A stretch of 63,675 bases of DNA, the filler included. It is 4 parts of 4 records of this genome, joined end to end, with 100 filler letters (N's around TTAATTAATTAA, not from the genome) between each part and the next. Parts side by side here need not be neighbours in the genome. Positions count along the whole stretch, not along the records: positions 1 to 20,325 come from SRR20825019_139; positions 20,426 to 52,130 come from SRR20825019_154; 2 more parts are not named here. One strand, given 5' to 3'. The notes under the pieces are model-generated. The model was not told the origin of the DNA. It saw only the letters and a program-made list of their open reading frames with translations, and made no database searches. Below, piece by piece: positions 11,237-21,007 of this stretch; the stretch's first letter is position 1, and every line of letters begins with the position of its first letter. A program made the position numbers and the translations under genes.

Positions 11237-11557
11237 ATGAGCGAGCAAGCCATCCATTACGAGCAGCTTGTCACCTCCTACGAGGACCGGCTGCTGAATC
11301 AGTTGCGCGGCCACGGTGTGGACTTGGATTTCCTCGAAATGTGGGTCCCGGACGAAGACACCATTTCAAGCATCTTGAACATGGTGGAAGCAGCCGGCGC
11401 ATTCGGTGTTGGGGCATTTTCCATCCGGATCAAAAACAGCAGCCTTCCAACTGACCAGAGAGAAGGGCTGAAAAAAGCTCTCTCACCAGTGTCAAATATC
11501 TCACTCGAAGAACACGAGGATTGTTGCCTTGTCCATATCAGCAATATCAAAGCGTGA
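11237..11557 (+). CDS. Hypothetical protein, co-oriented in the glycan operon
   Basis: GGAG upstream of the ATG at 11237, tight operon spacing, plausible composition (FLEMWVPDED). Confidence 0.6.
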   Translation: MSEQAIHYEQLVTSYEDRLLNQLRGHGVDLDFLEMWVPDEDTISSILNMVEAAGAFGVGAFSIRIKNSSLPTDQREGLKKALSPVSNISLEEHEDCCLVHISNIKA

Positions 11558-11561
11558 TGCC

Positions 11562-12305
11562 ATGGTGAGCGATATTGCTGATACCCCGAAAGCATTCGCG
11601 AGAACCATCGCGGATCGTTTGCAACACCTTGTTCATAAGGGGCCGGCAGCTCCATCAAATACACCGGTGATTTCCGTCGAAGCGGAAGGCCTAGGCCTGA
11701 CACTTACACTGGAAGACGAGACGGAAACTGTTACAGATGCCTGTTTTTACGCGCCGGAAGCAGCTCCGGAAGCAGCAGTCCTAGATGTGCTTTGTGATCA
11801 TGCGATTGGCGCTCCAGTACGAGAGGTGGTGGAGCACGGTCTCGTCTTTGCTTTACAGTCTCTCCGAGACCCCGAAGCACCTGCACCGGTATCAGGTATT
11901 GTCACACCGCGTAATGCCGGCGCTTGCTTCTCCATTCCGTTGCGTCTTGTTGCTGCTGTTCGGCGCGAAGCAGAAGAGCGGTTCGGCCGCCACAAGGAAA
12001 CAAATTTTTTTGATCGTCCTTACAGCGAAACTTGGAAAAACCTGGACAAACAGGCCAAGCGCGATCACGTGTTACCGCATATCGAAAGCTTCAAGATGGC
12101 AAACGATATTGCAAGCGATGCCTTCGAACTGGTGGAAATCGACCAGTATGATCGCCTCTTCCTTGTCTTTACAGATGCGATTCCGGCTTGGGACAAACCC
12201 TTGCTGCTGATGAAACTTGAGCGCTGGCTGCGCGAGCAGACCGGCGAGCGTATCGAACTCTTCACCGAAGTGGTGAAGGACGCGAACCGTATCCGGCGTC
12301 TCTGA
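11562..12305 (+). CDS. Hypothetical protein with degenerate NifU/IscU-like features
   Basis: VTDACF...AVLDVLCDHAIGAPVRE resembles NifU_N. The C-terminal LVEID...LERWLREQTGERIELF resembles an Nfu-like fold without CxxC. Directly upstream of the radical SAM gene. Confidence 0.45.
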   Translation: MVSDIADTPKAFARTIADRLQHLVHKGPAAPSNTPVISVEAEGLGLTLTLEDETETVTDACFYAPEAAPEAAVLDVLCDHAIGAPVREVVEHGLVFALQSLRDPEAPAPVSGIVTPRNAGACFSIPLRLVAAVRREAEERFGRHKETNFFDRPYSETWKNLDKQAKRDHVLPHIESFKMANDIASDAFELVEIDQYDRLFLVFTDAIPAWDKPLLLMKLERWLREQTGERIELFTEVVKDANRIRRL

Positions 12306-12338
12306 AGAACCGGGACCAACAGTCCAAGGAACCTAGCC

Positions 12339-13460
12339 ATGACCGGAATGACAGATCACGTTGAACTGATCCTGGACGGCACCAAGATCGCCTGGCACCA
12401 GGACCGTATCGACGCTTGGGAGCGCGGTGAGCGGATCGCGCCGATCACCATCGATATGTCGCTGACCCGCGCCTGCAATTTCGCCTGCCACTTCTGCTAC
12501 GCAATGTTGCAGGAGAACGAGCGCAAGGTGATCGACAAGAAGGCGATCTTCGAGTTTCTCGAGGACTGCGCCGAGATCGGCGTCAAGGGCATCAGCCTGG
12601 TCTCCGATGGTGAGAGCACGATCTCTCCGGTCTTTGTCGACGCCTGCAAATACGGGCACGAGCTTGGTCTCTCCATGGCAGTCGGTACCAACGGCTTCGT
12701 GCTCAACCGGCGCAAGCTGGAAGAGGTCCTGCCGTCCCTGACCTATCTCCGCGTCAATATCTCGGCCGGTGAGCGCAAGCGCTATGCCGAGATCATGGGC
12801 GTGAAGGAGCATTGGTTCGACCGGGTCGCGGAAAACATCAAGGCCATGGGCGAGATCAAGCGCGAGCAGAATCTCGACGTAACCATCGGCATGCAGATGG
12901 TGCTGATGCCGGAATATCATGACCAGATCATGCCCTTGGCACAGCTTGGCAAGGAACTGCGGCCGGACTATCTGGTCATCAAGCATTGCAGCGACGACGA
13001 GGACGGCTCCCTCGGCGTCGATTACAGCGGCTATGCCGACCTCTATGAGACACTGCACGCGGCAGAAGCTCTGTCCGACGACAGCTACCAGGTAACGGTC
13101 AAGTGGTCGAAAATCGATACCGAAGGCACGCGTAGCTACCAGCGCTGTTACGGCGCGCCCTTCATGCTGCAGATGTCCGGCTCCGGCCTGGTCGCGCCCT
13201 GCGGCATGCTGTTCAATGAGCGCTACAAGAAGTTCCACATCGGCAACATCACCGAGGAACGGTTCCGCGACATCTTCTACAGCGACCGCTACTGGGAAGT
13301 GATGAATTACCTCGCCAGCCCGGACTTCAACGCCCAGAAAATGTGCGGCAGCCTGTGCCTGCAGCACAAGGTCAACGAATTCCTGGACGGCTACCAGAAG
13401 GGCGACTTCGAATTGCCGGAAATGAAGGGCGAACAGCCCATGCATATCAACTTCATCTGA
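12339..13460 (+). CDS. Radical SAM/SPASM-domain protein
   Basis: CNFACHFC (CxxxCxxC) motif, plus C-terminal CYGAPF...VAPCG...IGNI...CGSLC. Confidence 0.9.
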   Translation: MTGMTDHVELILDGTKIAWHQDRIDAWERGERIAPITIDMSLTRACNFACHFCYAMLQENERKVIDKKAIFEFLEDCAEIGVKGISLVSDGESTISPVFVDACKYGHELGLSMAVGTNGFVLNRRKLEEVLPSLTYLRVNISAGERKRYAEIMGVKEHWFDRVAENIKAMGEIKREQNLDVTIGMQMVLMPEYHDQIMPLAQLGKELRPDYLVIKHCSDDEDGSLGVDYSGYADLYETLHAAEALSDDSYQVTVKWSKIDTEGTRSYQRCYGAPFMLQMSGSGLVAPCGMLFNERYKKFHIGNITEERFRDIFYSDRYWEVMNYLASPDFNAQKMCGSLCLQHKVNEFLDGYQKGDFELPEMKGEQPMHINFI

Positions 13461-13476
13461 CGCCGGAGCTGGGAAA

Positions 13477-14445
13477 ATGGCCGACGCCGGGAACGACTAC
13501 AGGCTGCGCTGCCTGAAACAGATGCTGCGCATTCGTCTGGTCGAGGAGACCATTGCGGAACGCTATGCCGAGCAGGAAATGCGCTGCCCGGTGCATCTCT
13601 CCATCGGTCAGGAAGCGTCAGCCGTCGGCGTCTGCGATGCCCTCCTGCCCGATGACCGGCTCTTCAGCAGCCATCGTTCCCATGCGCATTATCTTGCCAA
13701 GGGTGGAAACCTGAAGGCGATGATGGCGGAGATCTACGGTAAGCGGGACGGCTGCATCGGCGGCCGTGGCGGCTCCATGCATCTGATGGACCCGGATGTA
13801 GGCATGATGGCCAGCATTCCGATCGTCGCAAGCTCAATCCCTTTGGCGACGGGCACCGCGCTGTCAGACAAATTCGATAACAACGGCAAGGTCACGATCT
13901 CCTTCCTCGGCGATGCATGCCTCGAAGAGGGCGTGTTCCATGAATCCGCCAACTTCGCCAAACTTCGCGGACTGCCGATCGTCTATGTCTGCGAGAACAA
14001 TCTTTATTCTGTCTATACCAAGCTCGCCGACCGCCAGCCGGACCGACCGCTGACCGACATTCCGGCCGCCCACGGCATTGAGCACCGGCATGTCGACGGC
14101 AACGACCTCGAAGCCGTCCGCGAGGCCGCACTCTGGGCCGTCGAGACCGCGCGCTCCGGGAACCCGACATTCCTGCAACTCGACACCTACCGGTGGCGCG
14201 AGCATTGCGGGCCGAACTACGACAATCATATCGGCTACCGGACCGAAGAAGAGTTCCAGACCTGGCGCGCCCAGGACCCTCTCGAACGCTATCGTAAAAT
14301 GCTCGAAGAAAACGGAACGCTCGGCGCGGCCAGCTTCGCAGGTCTCGAAAAAGACATTCAGGCCGAAGTGAACGGCGCGTTTGCTTTTGCCATCGACTCC
14401 CCGCTGCCGGAACCGACCGAGGCCCTCGCCCATGTCTATGCCTGA
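13477..14445 (+). CDS. TPP-dependent dehydrogenase E1 alpha-like subunit
   Basis: HLSIGQEA, HRSHAHYLAKG, GRGGSMH and GDACLEEG...ENN TPP motif. Confidence 0.92.
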   Translation: MADAGNDYRLRCLKQMLRIRLVEETIAERYAEQEMRCPVHLSIGQEASAVGVCDALLPDDRLFSSHRSHAHYLAKGGNLKAMMAEIYGKRDGCIGGRGGSMHLMDPDVGMMASIPIVASSIPLATGTALSDKFDNNGKVTISFLGDACLEEGVFHESANFAKLRGLPIVYVCENNLYSVYTKLADRQPDRPLTDIPAAHGIEHRHVDGNDLEAVREAALWAVETARSGNPTFLQLDTYRWREHCGPNYDNHIGYRTEEEFQTWRAQDPLERYRKMLEENGTLGAASFAGLEKDIQAEVNGAFAFAIDSPLPEPTEALAHVYA

Positions 14446-15538
14446 AACAACCAGTGCACCGGATGCGCCGGTGATCAATATGGGCACCGCCATCCGTGAC
14501 GGCCTGCTTGAAGCGGCACGGCGCGATCCGTCGGTCATCTTCTTCGGCGAAGGTGTCGAGGACCCGGCCGCCCTGTTCGGTACCCTGAAGGATATCGGCA
14601 AACATATAGGCCATGACCGGATGATCGAAATGCCGATCGCCGAAAACGGACTGATCGGCATCGCCATCGGCGCCGCCATGGCTGGCAAGCGCCCCGTGGT
14701 CAGCTTGCAGCGCGTCGAGTTCGCCCTGCTCGCGCTTGAACAGATCCTGAATAATGCGGCCAAGACCCATTATGTCAGCAACGGCCGCCACAATGTGCCG
14801 CTCGTCCTGCGCATGATTGTCGGACGCGGCTGGGGACAGGGTCCGGAACATTCACAAAGCATGGAAGCGATCTTCGCCCATGTGCCCGGTCTGAAAGTCA
14901 TCATGCCGGCCTTCGCGGAAGACGCGAAAGGCATGGTCGCCGCCGCCGTCGAAGATGCCAATCCGGTGGTCGTGATCGAGCATCGCTGGTCGCATTATAC
15001 AACAAGCCCGGTCGCGGAAGGCTATGTCCACCGTCCGCTCGACGGCCCGCGCACCGTGCGCGAAGGCGACGGCCTGACAATTGTTGCCACCTCATACATG
15101 ACGCTGGAAGCCGTCCGCGCCGCCGACAAGCTGGCGGAGGCCGGATATCCGGTCGAGGTGCTCGATCTCCGCGTTATCCGGCCGCTCAATCTCGATCCGA
15201 TTGTCGAGAGTGTAGCCCGCACTGGCAGGCTGCTGACCGTCGATACCGGATTCCGGATGTTTGGTATCGGCGCAGAGATCGCTTCCGAGGTGACAAGCCG
15301 CTGTTTCGACCTGCTTGAAGCCGCTCCGATCCGCCTTGGCTTGCCGGATCACCCGACGCCGAGCTCGCGCGGGCTGGTCAAGGGCTTCTATCCGGATGCC
15401 GCCCGGATCGCCCGCACCGCAGCCGAAATGATTGGACTGGACGACGCCAGGATCTCCGCCATCGAGGAGAGCATTCTGGCTGACCGCAAGGATCTCCCGC
15501 TCGACGTGCCTGATCCTTTCTTCAAGGGACCGTTCTGA
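14438..15538 (+). CDS. TPP-dependent dehydrogenase E1 beta-like subunit
   Basis: EMPIAENG, GRGWGQGPEHSQ and VLDLRVIRPL motifs. Start overlaps the alpha subunit stop. Confidence 0.92.
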   Translation: MPETTSAPDAPVINMGTAIRDGLLEAARRDPSVIFFGEGVEDPAALFGTLKDIGKHIGHDRMIEMPIAENGLIGIAIGAAMAGKRPVVSLQRVEFALLALEQILNNAAKTHYVSNGRHNVPLVLRMIVGRGWGQGPEHSQSMEAIFAHVPGLKVIMPAFAEDAKGMVAAAVEDANPVVVIEHRWSHYTTSPVAEGYVHRPLDGPRTVREGDGLTIVATSYMTLEAVRAADKLAEAGYPVEVLDLRVIRPLNLDPIVESVARTGRLLTVDTGFRMFGIGAEIASEVTSRCFDLLEAAPIRLGLPDHPTPSSRGLVKGFYPDAARIARTAAEMIGLDDARISAIEESILADRKDLPLDVPDPFFKGPF

Positions 15539-16677
15539 TGACTGCCGGGACAGAGGGCCATCCCATGCAGGTCCGTTACTCTCCCCTGGAACAGCAATTC
15601 GCCGATGTCGACGAGATCTTCGATGAGCTGCGCATCCTGGTCCGCTCCACCGACTTCACTCTCGGCAAGGTCGTCGGTGAATTCGAGCAGATGTTCGCGG
15701 CGGCAGCCGGGTCGAAATATGCGATCGGTGTCGGCTCCGGCACGGACGCCCTCAAGATCCCGCTTAAGGCCCTCGGCATCGGTCCTGGGGACGAGGTCAT
15801 CACCGCCGCCAATACCTTCTACGCCACGGCAGGCGCCATCGCGGAGACTGGCGCACGGATCGTCTTTGTCGATTGCGACGATACGTTCGGGATCGCCCCT
15901 GACTTGATTGAGGCCGCGATCACACCCCGCACCAAGGCGATCATGCCGGTACATCTGGCCGGCGACATGGCCAACATGACGCGGATCACCGCAATTGCCG
16001 AAAAGCACGGCCTGTCAGTGGTCGAGGATGCCTGCCAAAGCCTCCTTGCGACGGAAGCGGGCCGCCCGGCCGGTACCTGGGGCATCGCTGGCGGGTTCTC
16101 CATGCATCCCCTCAAGATCATCAATGTCTGGGGTGATGCCGGTGTCATCGTCACCGACGACCCCGAGATGGACCGGATGTGCCGTCTGTTGCGCAATCAC
16201 GGCCTGCGCAACCGCGATGAGATGGAAATCCTCGGCTACAATACGCGTCTCGATTCCGTGCAGGCGGTGGTCGGCAAATGGATCGTCGCCAGGGTTGAGG
16301 ATATCGTCGCTGGCCGCATCAAAGCAGCCGAGCGTTACGACGCGGCCTTCTCGGATGTTCCCGAGATCACGCTTCCCGTCCGGCGTGCCTTGAAAGGCCC
16401 GGAAGAGCGCTCCGTCTATCTGAACTATGTGGTCTATGCCGAACGACGGGATGAGCTGCTGGCCCACTGCCATGCGCACCGGGTCGACGCCAAGGTGCAT
16501 TATCCGATCCCGCTCTACAAACAGGATGCGCTCCGTCACCTCGGCTATCCGGACGGCGCCTTCCCGGTGACCGACCGGCATGCGGAAACGATCATCAGCT
16601 TCCCGGCAGACCAGCATCTTTCAACGGCCGAGCTGGATTATCTTATCGGTGTGGTTCGGGGCTTTTACGGACGCTAG
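15538..16677 (+). CDS. DegT/DnrJ/EryC1/StrS aminotransferase (second copy)
   Basis: GSGTDAL, VVEDACQS, FSMHPLKII, GYNTRLDSVQA and VHYPIP. Confidence 0.93.
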   Translation: MTAGTEGHPMQVRYSPLEQQFADVDEIFDELRILVRSTDFTLGKVVGEFEQMFAAAAGSKYAIGVGSGTDALKIPLKALGIGPGDEVITAANTFYATAGAIAETGARIVFVDCDDTFGIAPDLIEAAITPRTKAIMPVHLAGDMANMTRITAIAEKHGLSVVEDACQSLLATEAGRPAGTWGIAGGFSMHPLKIINVWGDAGVIVTDDPEMDRMCRLLRNHGLRNRDEMEILGYNTRLDSVQAVVGKWIVARVEDIVAGRIKAAERYDAAFSDVPEITLPVRRALKGPEERSVYLNYVVYAERRDELLAHCHAHRVDAKVHYPIPLYKQDALRHLGYPDGAFPVTDRHAETIISFPADQHLSTAELDYLIGVVRGFYGR

Positions 16678-17645
16678 GCAGCCGGGCCGCCAGCGGCTTC
16701 TGTCACACTCTCGACGCGTTCCACGACCGGACGGCTCAGCACCCAGAGCAATCCACCAAGGCTCGCAGCGACAATCACCGACAGCCCCCAGAGAATGGAC
16801 GCTGCAAGAGCATGCTCCAGCGGCATGCCGGTCATCGCGAAGATCCCGACCATAAGGCCTTCCCGCACGCCCCAGCCGCCGACAGAGATTGGCAGCAAGG
16901 TACCGAGGATCACCAGGGGCAAGGCGCCGAGTACCATCAGGAAATCGACATCGACCGAAATCGACTGGAACACGACCCAGAGCCCGAACGCACTGATGAC
17001 ATGCAGCAAGTAGCTCAGACCGATAACAATGGCCGATCGATACCCTGCCCGCCAGAGCACACGGGAATCCCGGAGCATCGCAGCGAAAGGACGGCCAAAC
17101 CGGTGATCCTCGATCATATCCGCAATCCAGTCCGCACTGGAAAGCCCCATCGCCAACAAGATAAGCGCGCCCCCCACCACAAGAATCGCAACAGTATCGA
17201 GAGTCGGATCCGGCGCGACCTTCGCAACAGTCACACTGGTCACGATCAAGAGTGTCAGAACGGATACAAGGCCAGCCGTGCGATCAAGAAGCACGGTACT
17301 CGCCGCACGGGACAGCGGAAGGCCGTGCTGACTGACAAGCCAGATACGCACCGTGTCAGCACTGAGGGAGCCTGGAAGTGCCTGGTTGAAAAACATCCCC
17401 GCCAGCAGGATTCGAAATGTCTGCCAGGGAGACAGAGGCACCCCGGTTCCCCGGATCAGCAGGAACCAGCGGCAAGCACCGATAAAAAACTGAAGAATAA
17501 CAATGCCGACGACGCAGGCCAGCAGCGGAAGAGACGGCGAGAGGGCCGCAGAGAGAAGGCGCGAAAGATCCACCTGATAGATCAAGGACCCGATCAGGAT
17601 ACAACTGACAGCAATCTTCAGAAAAAGCTTCGCTTTAGCCGTCAA
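16674..17645 (-). CDS. Lysylphosphatidylglycerol synthase TM / UPF0104 flippase-like membrane protein
   Basis: RW, FFNQALPGSLSAD, LLDR and LPISVGGWGVREG motifs; highly hydrophobic. Confidence 0.85.
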   Translation of the reverse strand: MTAKAKLFLKIAVSCILIGSLIYQVDLSRLLSAALSPSLPLLACVVGIVILQFFIGACRWFLLIRGTGVPLSPWQTFRILLAGMFFNQALPGSLSADTVRIWLVSQHGLPLSRAASTVLLDRTAGLVSVLTLLIVTSVTVAKVAPDPTLDTVAILVVGGALILLAMGLSSADWIADMIEDHRFGRPFAAMLRDSRVLWRAGYRSAIVIGLSYLLHVISAFGLWVVFQSISVDVDFLMVLGALPLVILGTLLPISVGGWGVREGLMVGIFAMTGMPLEHALAASILWGLSVIVAASLGGLLWVLSRPVVERVESVTEAAGGPAA

Positions 17646-17892
17646 TACGGAACGCCCACTCCAAAATTTCTAAACCGGCTCTCTGAGCCTATTGCCCCCC
17701 GTGCCCAGACGATGCACGGCAAGCTATACGCCCTATCTGGTAACATCCACGGGAATTATAAAGGTAATGCCCGGAATATTGATCATAATTATGTTTTCAC
17801 CACTCGGCTCAAGAATTCCTATCGGTCGGAGGATGGGCCGTGCAATCTACCAACATCAATGATTTCGGGCGTTTGCTCCGGGTATTTTCGAT

Positions 17893-18603
17893 ATGGCGAC
17901 ACTGGTAAAACAACCCTTCGACAGCTCCATACTTGGAGGAGCTGTCTATCGCCTGGAAATTGAAGATGAAGCGGAACTTCCGGACATACGCAAGTTCGTT
18001 CCGGAAGACGCCATCCTTGTCTCAGCCCGCTTGCCCGCAGCATGGAATACTCCACCAAAAGAGTGTGGGTTCCGGAAAATAGAGACTCTCATCCAACTCG
18101 CACGCGATCTCAGCGCCGAGGATCATCACGTCAGCCCGCCAAACATCAGGTTTTCAAATTCACAGGATGCAGACTTCTGCGCAAGCATCGCAGAAGCCGT
18201 TTTCCAATCGGACCGATATCATGCAGATCCGATGGTTTCTGAAAGCATGGCAAATCAGATAAAAGCCGCCTGGGCACGGAACGAGGTCAATGGAAGGACA
18301 GACAAAACCTTCATCTGGGATGCAGGTGGGGAGATCGCAGGCTTCAACGGCTGCCTTCTTCAGGATCGTACCATGACCGTGGATCTGATCGCCGTTTCAC
18401 AAACCTATCAGGGACAGGGTATAGGGGCCGCTCTTATCAAAGCAGCCCTTTCCCATTATGCCGGGCTGGCTGACTGCGCCCTCATTGCAACCCAAGACAG
18501 CAATACCGGAGCCCTGTCGCTTTACCACAAGCTGGGCTTCATTGAGACTGCCCGGTTCCGAACATTCCACTACGTACCACAGCCGATTGGCTTTCCCGCC
18601 TAG
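17893..18603 (+). CDS. GNAT N-acetyltransferase, WecD/RffC-like (amino-sugar acetyltransferase)
   Basis: PFDSSILG, DRYHADP, IAVSQTYQGQGIG and TQDSNTGALSLYHKLGF. Confidence 0.75.
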   Translation: MATLVKQPFDSSILGGAVYRLEIEDEAELPDIRKFVPEDAILVSARLPAAWNTPPKECGFRKIETLIQLARDLSAEDHHVSPPNIRFSNSQDADFCASIAEAVFQSDRYHADPMVSESMANQIKAAWARNEVNGRTDKTFIWDAGGEIAGFNGCLLQDRTMTVDLIAVSQTYQGQGIGAALIKAALSHYAGLADCALIATQDSNTGALSLYHKLGFIETARFRTFHYVPQPIGFPA

Positions 18604-18624
18604 GCTTTGCTCGAATATTAAATC

Positions 18625-19851
18625 TCACTCAAGAAATCGCGGGTTGAATTCCAGAAACCGGCGCGACAAACGACGCTGCAGACGCGGTCCAACATCTCTA
18701 TCCGCCGCGCCCCCTTTGACCGTATCGTCAAACGCACGCGTTATGGCATGAAATCGCATCTGTGCGTCTTGATCAGGTAGCGTTTTACTATCGAGCAGGA
18801 GCAACATCTCCTCCACCCCCGCCTGAACTTCCTCCGCACTATTACTCAATGCTGTCAGCCCGTTCTCCGAGAGCAGATTCTTTGTCAGAATGCGGCCCGG
18901 CACTTCGCATTCCCATAATTCGCGATAAGTCAGCTCCGTTCCGTCATCCCTCAGTACATGTTTATAGAGAGCTATTTCATGCTCTTCAAAAACCCAGAAA
19001 GGCTCAGGATAGGCGTTCGTAAGCAGGATCGGCCGCCCTAAAGCCTGTAAAAATGCCCACGGCCCCGATTGCGTGACGATGCCGAAATGCGCTCCGGCAA
19101 GTAGCCCGAAATCCGCCGAGCGATCATAGCCTGATTGATGCGATAACTCGATATAGTGCGGATGGGTGACCCCTAATTCAGGACTTCCCGGGTCGCCAAT
19201 CCGAATGACCGCGTATCCGCGATCAAGCAAGGCTTCCACGGCCGGGCGATAATTTACGACAGAGTTACAACGAAAACCATGATATCCCATTTCCTGTGCG
19301 AAAGCTTCGTCCCGGACATGCAGCATCACATAGGGCAGATCCGTGTCCGGCAGCAGGCGGGCTCTGAGTTCCCTGCCGGGTTCGAGCCATTCCTCCGACA
19401 CCTCAAAAAAACGATGCGGCAACCCGGCGGCCAATGCCGTCGTAAAACGCGTGAACAACGATTGTGGGCGCCAAAGCAGGAAATCAAAGTTACCGACAGA
19501 AAACGCGCCGCCTTCCACAAACCCCATTGTGGTCAGGACAATGTCGTCAGTCTCAATGATCGTGAACCGGGATCTCAGATACTGGAAAAACGTCCCGTTC
19601 GCAGCCTCTTCGCCAAGCCCGGTAACGATTACAATATTATCGTATTGTTCACCGAAAAGGTTCTGCAGCATCCATGGCTCCAGCACCAGATGGCCGATAC
19701 GGCTTTGCTGTGCCAGCACGTAGACTAGATACTTTTGCGTCGGATCGACCTTGGCTTGTAGCAGGGCGATAAGCCGCGCGAGATGGCCCGTCAACCGCTG
19801 CGGGTCAGCCAATTCCTCTCGGAGAACCCGGTCTCTCGGTGTTTCCTCCAC
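18625..19851 (-). CDS. TIGR04372-like glycosyltransferase (second copy)
   Basis: RIGH, YVMLHVRD, YRPAVEALLDRGYAVIRIGDP, TQSGP and NSAEEV motifs. Confidence 0.75.
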   Translation of the reverse strand: MEETPRDRVLREELADPQRLTGHLARLIALLQAKVDPTQKYLVYVLAQQSRIGHLVLEPWMLQNLFGEQYDNIVIVTGLGEEAANGTFFQYLRSRFTIIETDDIVLTTMGFVEGGAFSVGNFDFLLWRPQSLFTRFTTALAAGLPHRFFEVSEEWLEPGRELRARLLPDTDLPYVMLHVRDEAFAQEMGYHGFRCNSVVNYRPAVEALLDRGYAVIRIGDPGSPELGVTHPHYIELSHQSGYDRSADFGLLAGAHFGIVTQSGPWAFLQALGRPILLTNAYPEPFWVFEEHEIALYKHVLRDDGTELTYRELWECEVPGRILTKNLLSENGLTALSNSAEEVQAGVEEMLLLLDSKTLPDQDAQMRFHAITRAFDDTVKGGAADRDVGPRLQRRLSRRFLEFNPRFLE

Positions 19852-19919
19852 GCAATCCTCCAGAACGCATCGTGCTAGAGGTAGACCCTAGACCGGTAAG
19901 AGAACCAACAAAAGCCTGG

Positions 19920-20324
19920 CTACGCAGCAGCAGCCTTCGGATCGTAGTCGAGGTTCGAAGCCAGCCAGCGCTCGACCTCTTCCACAGTGGCCCCCTTGCG
20001 TGCGGCATAATCCGCCACCTGATCCCGGCCGATCCGGCCAAGGCCGAAATAGCGCGACTCCGGATGCGAGAAATAGAAACCGGAGACCGAGGAAGCCGGC
20101 CACATGGCGTTGCTTTCGGTGAGAGACACTCCCGTCGCCGCCTCGGCGTCGAGCAAGCGGAACAGTTCTGGCTTTTCCGTATGGTCCGGGCAGGCGGGAT
20201 AGCCCGGTGCCGGACGGATACCGCGATAATCCTCGGAAATCAGCTGCTCGTTGCTCAGCGACTCGCCGGGAACATAGCCCCAGAACTCCTTGCGAACCCG
20301 CTCATGCATGCGCTCGGCAAAAGC
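19920..20324 (-). CDS. metH: Cobalamin-dependent methionine synthase, 3' end (truncated at the contig end)
   Basis: [17 protein letters not shown]...[19 protein letters not shown]...[20 protein letters not shown]. Confidence 0.96.
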   Translation of the reverse strand, partial: AFAERMHERVRKEFWGYVPGESLSNEQLISEDYRGIRPAPGYPACPDHTEKPELFRLLDAEAATGVSLTESNAMWPASSVSGFYFSHPESRYFGLGRIGRDQVADYAARKGATVEEVERWLASNLDYDPKAAAA

Positions 20325-20325
20325 C

Positions 20326-20425
20326 NNNNNNNNNNNNNNNNNNNNNNNNNNNNNNNNNNNNNNNNNNNNTTAATTAATTAANNNNNNNNNNNNNNNNNNN
20401 NNNNNNNNNNNNNNNNNNNNNNNNN
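20326..20425. other. Artificial contig linker
   Basis: 44 N + TTAATTAATTAA (stops in all six frames) + 44 N. Confidence 0.99.
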
Positions 20426-20884
20426 GAGATAGACGGCGGCGTCGAACATGTTGTGGCTGAGCGAAATGGCCGTCGCCATGGCGATCACGTCGCGGCTGAA
20501 CAGGCTCAGATCCATACCCGGCTGGCCCTGGGTGACACCGTCGCACATAGCCGGCACGCCGCCAGCCACCTGCGCCGTCGCGCCGATCTCGCGGGCCGCT
20601 TCCTTGATGATCTCAGGGTAGAATTGATAGGGCTGATGGGCACTCAGCATGTCGTTGTAGGAATTGACAATGCCCAGGTTCAGCGTCTTGTTGCCGGCCA
20701 GCGCAGCCTTTTCAGACGGCGAGCAAGCAGCAAAGCCGTGGGCGAGGTTGCCGCAGGACAGGGCAGATCGATAAACACCCTGTTCCTTGGCCGCATCGAG
20801 GCGATTGAGATAATCGCGGCGGCTGTCGCGGCTGCGCGCGGCAATGCGGTCGGTCACGTCCTGGATAGCCTGGCGGACGGTCAT
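20426..20884 (-). CDS. edd: Phosphogluconate dehydratase, 5' part (truncated)
   Basis: [22 protein letters not shown] and [13 protein letters not shown]. Confidence 0.96.
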
Positions 20885-21007
20885 GGCAAGTCTCCATATG
20901 CTGGCAAGGACGCGCCAGAAGGGGGCCGCTGGCGCGGTTATCCTTGCATCAAAATACCAGTACCCATCAGCGGCCAGGGCAGTCGATTGGGGACCGCCCT
21001 AGGAGCC

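Noticed and set aside
13477-15538. Housekeeping pyruvate dehydrogenase pdhAB
   Set aside because: No lipoyl domain or E2/E3 neighbours, and the pair is embedded among sugar-modifying genes, so no symbol was assigned.
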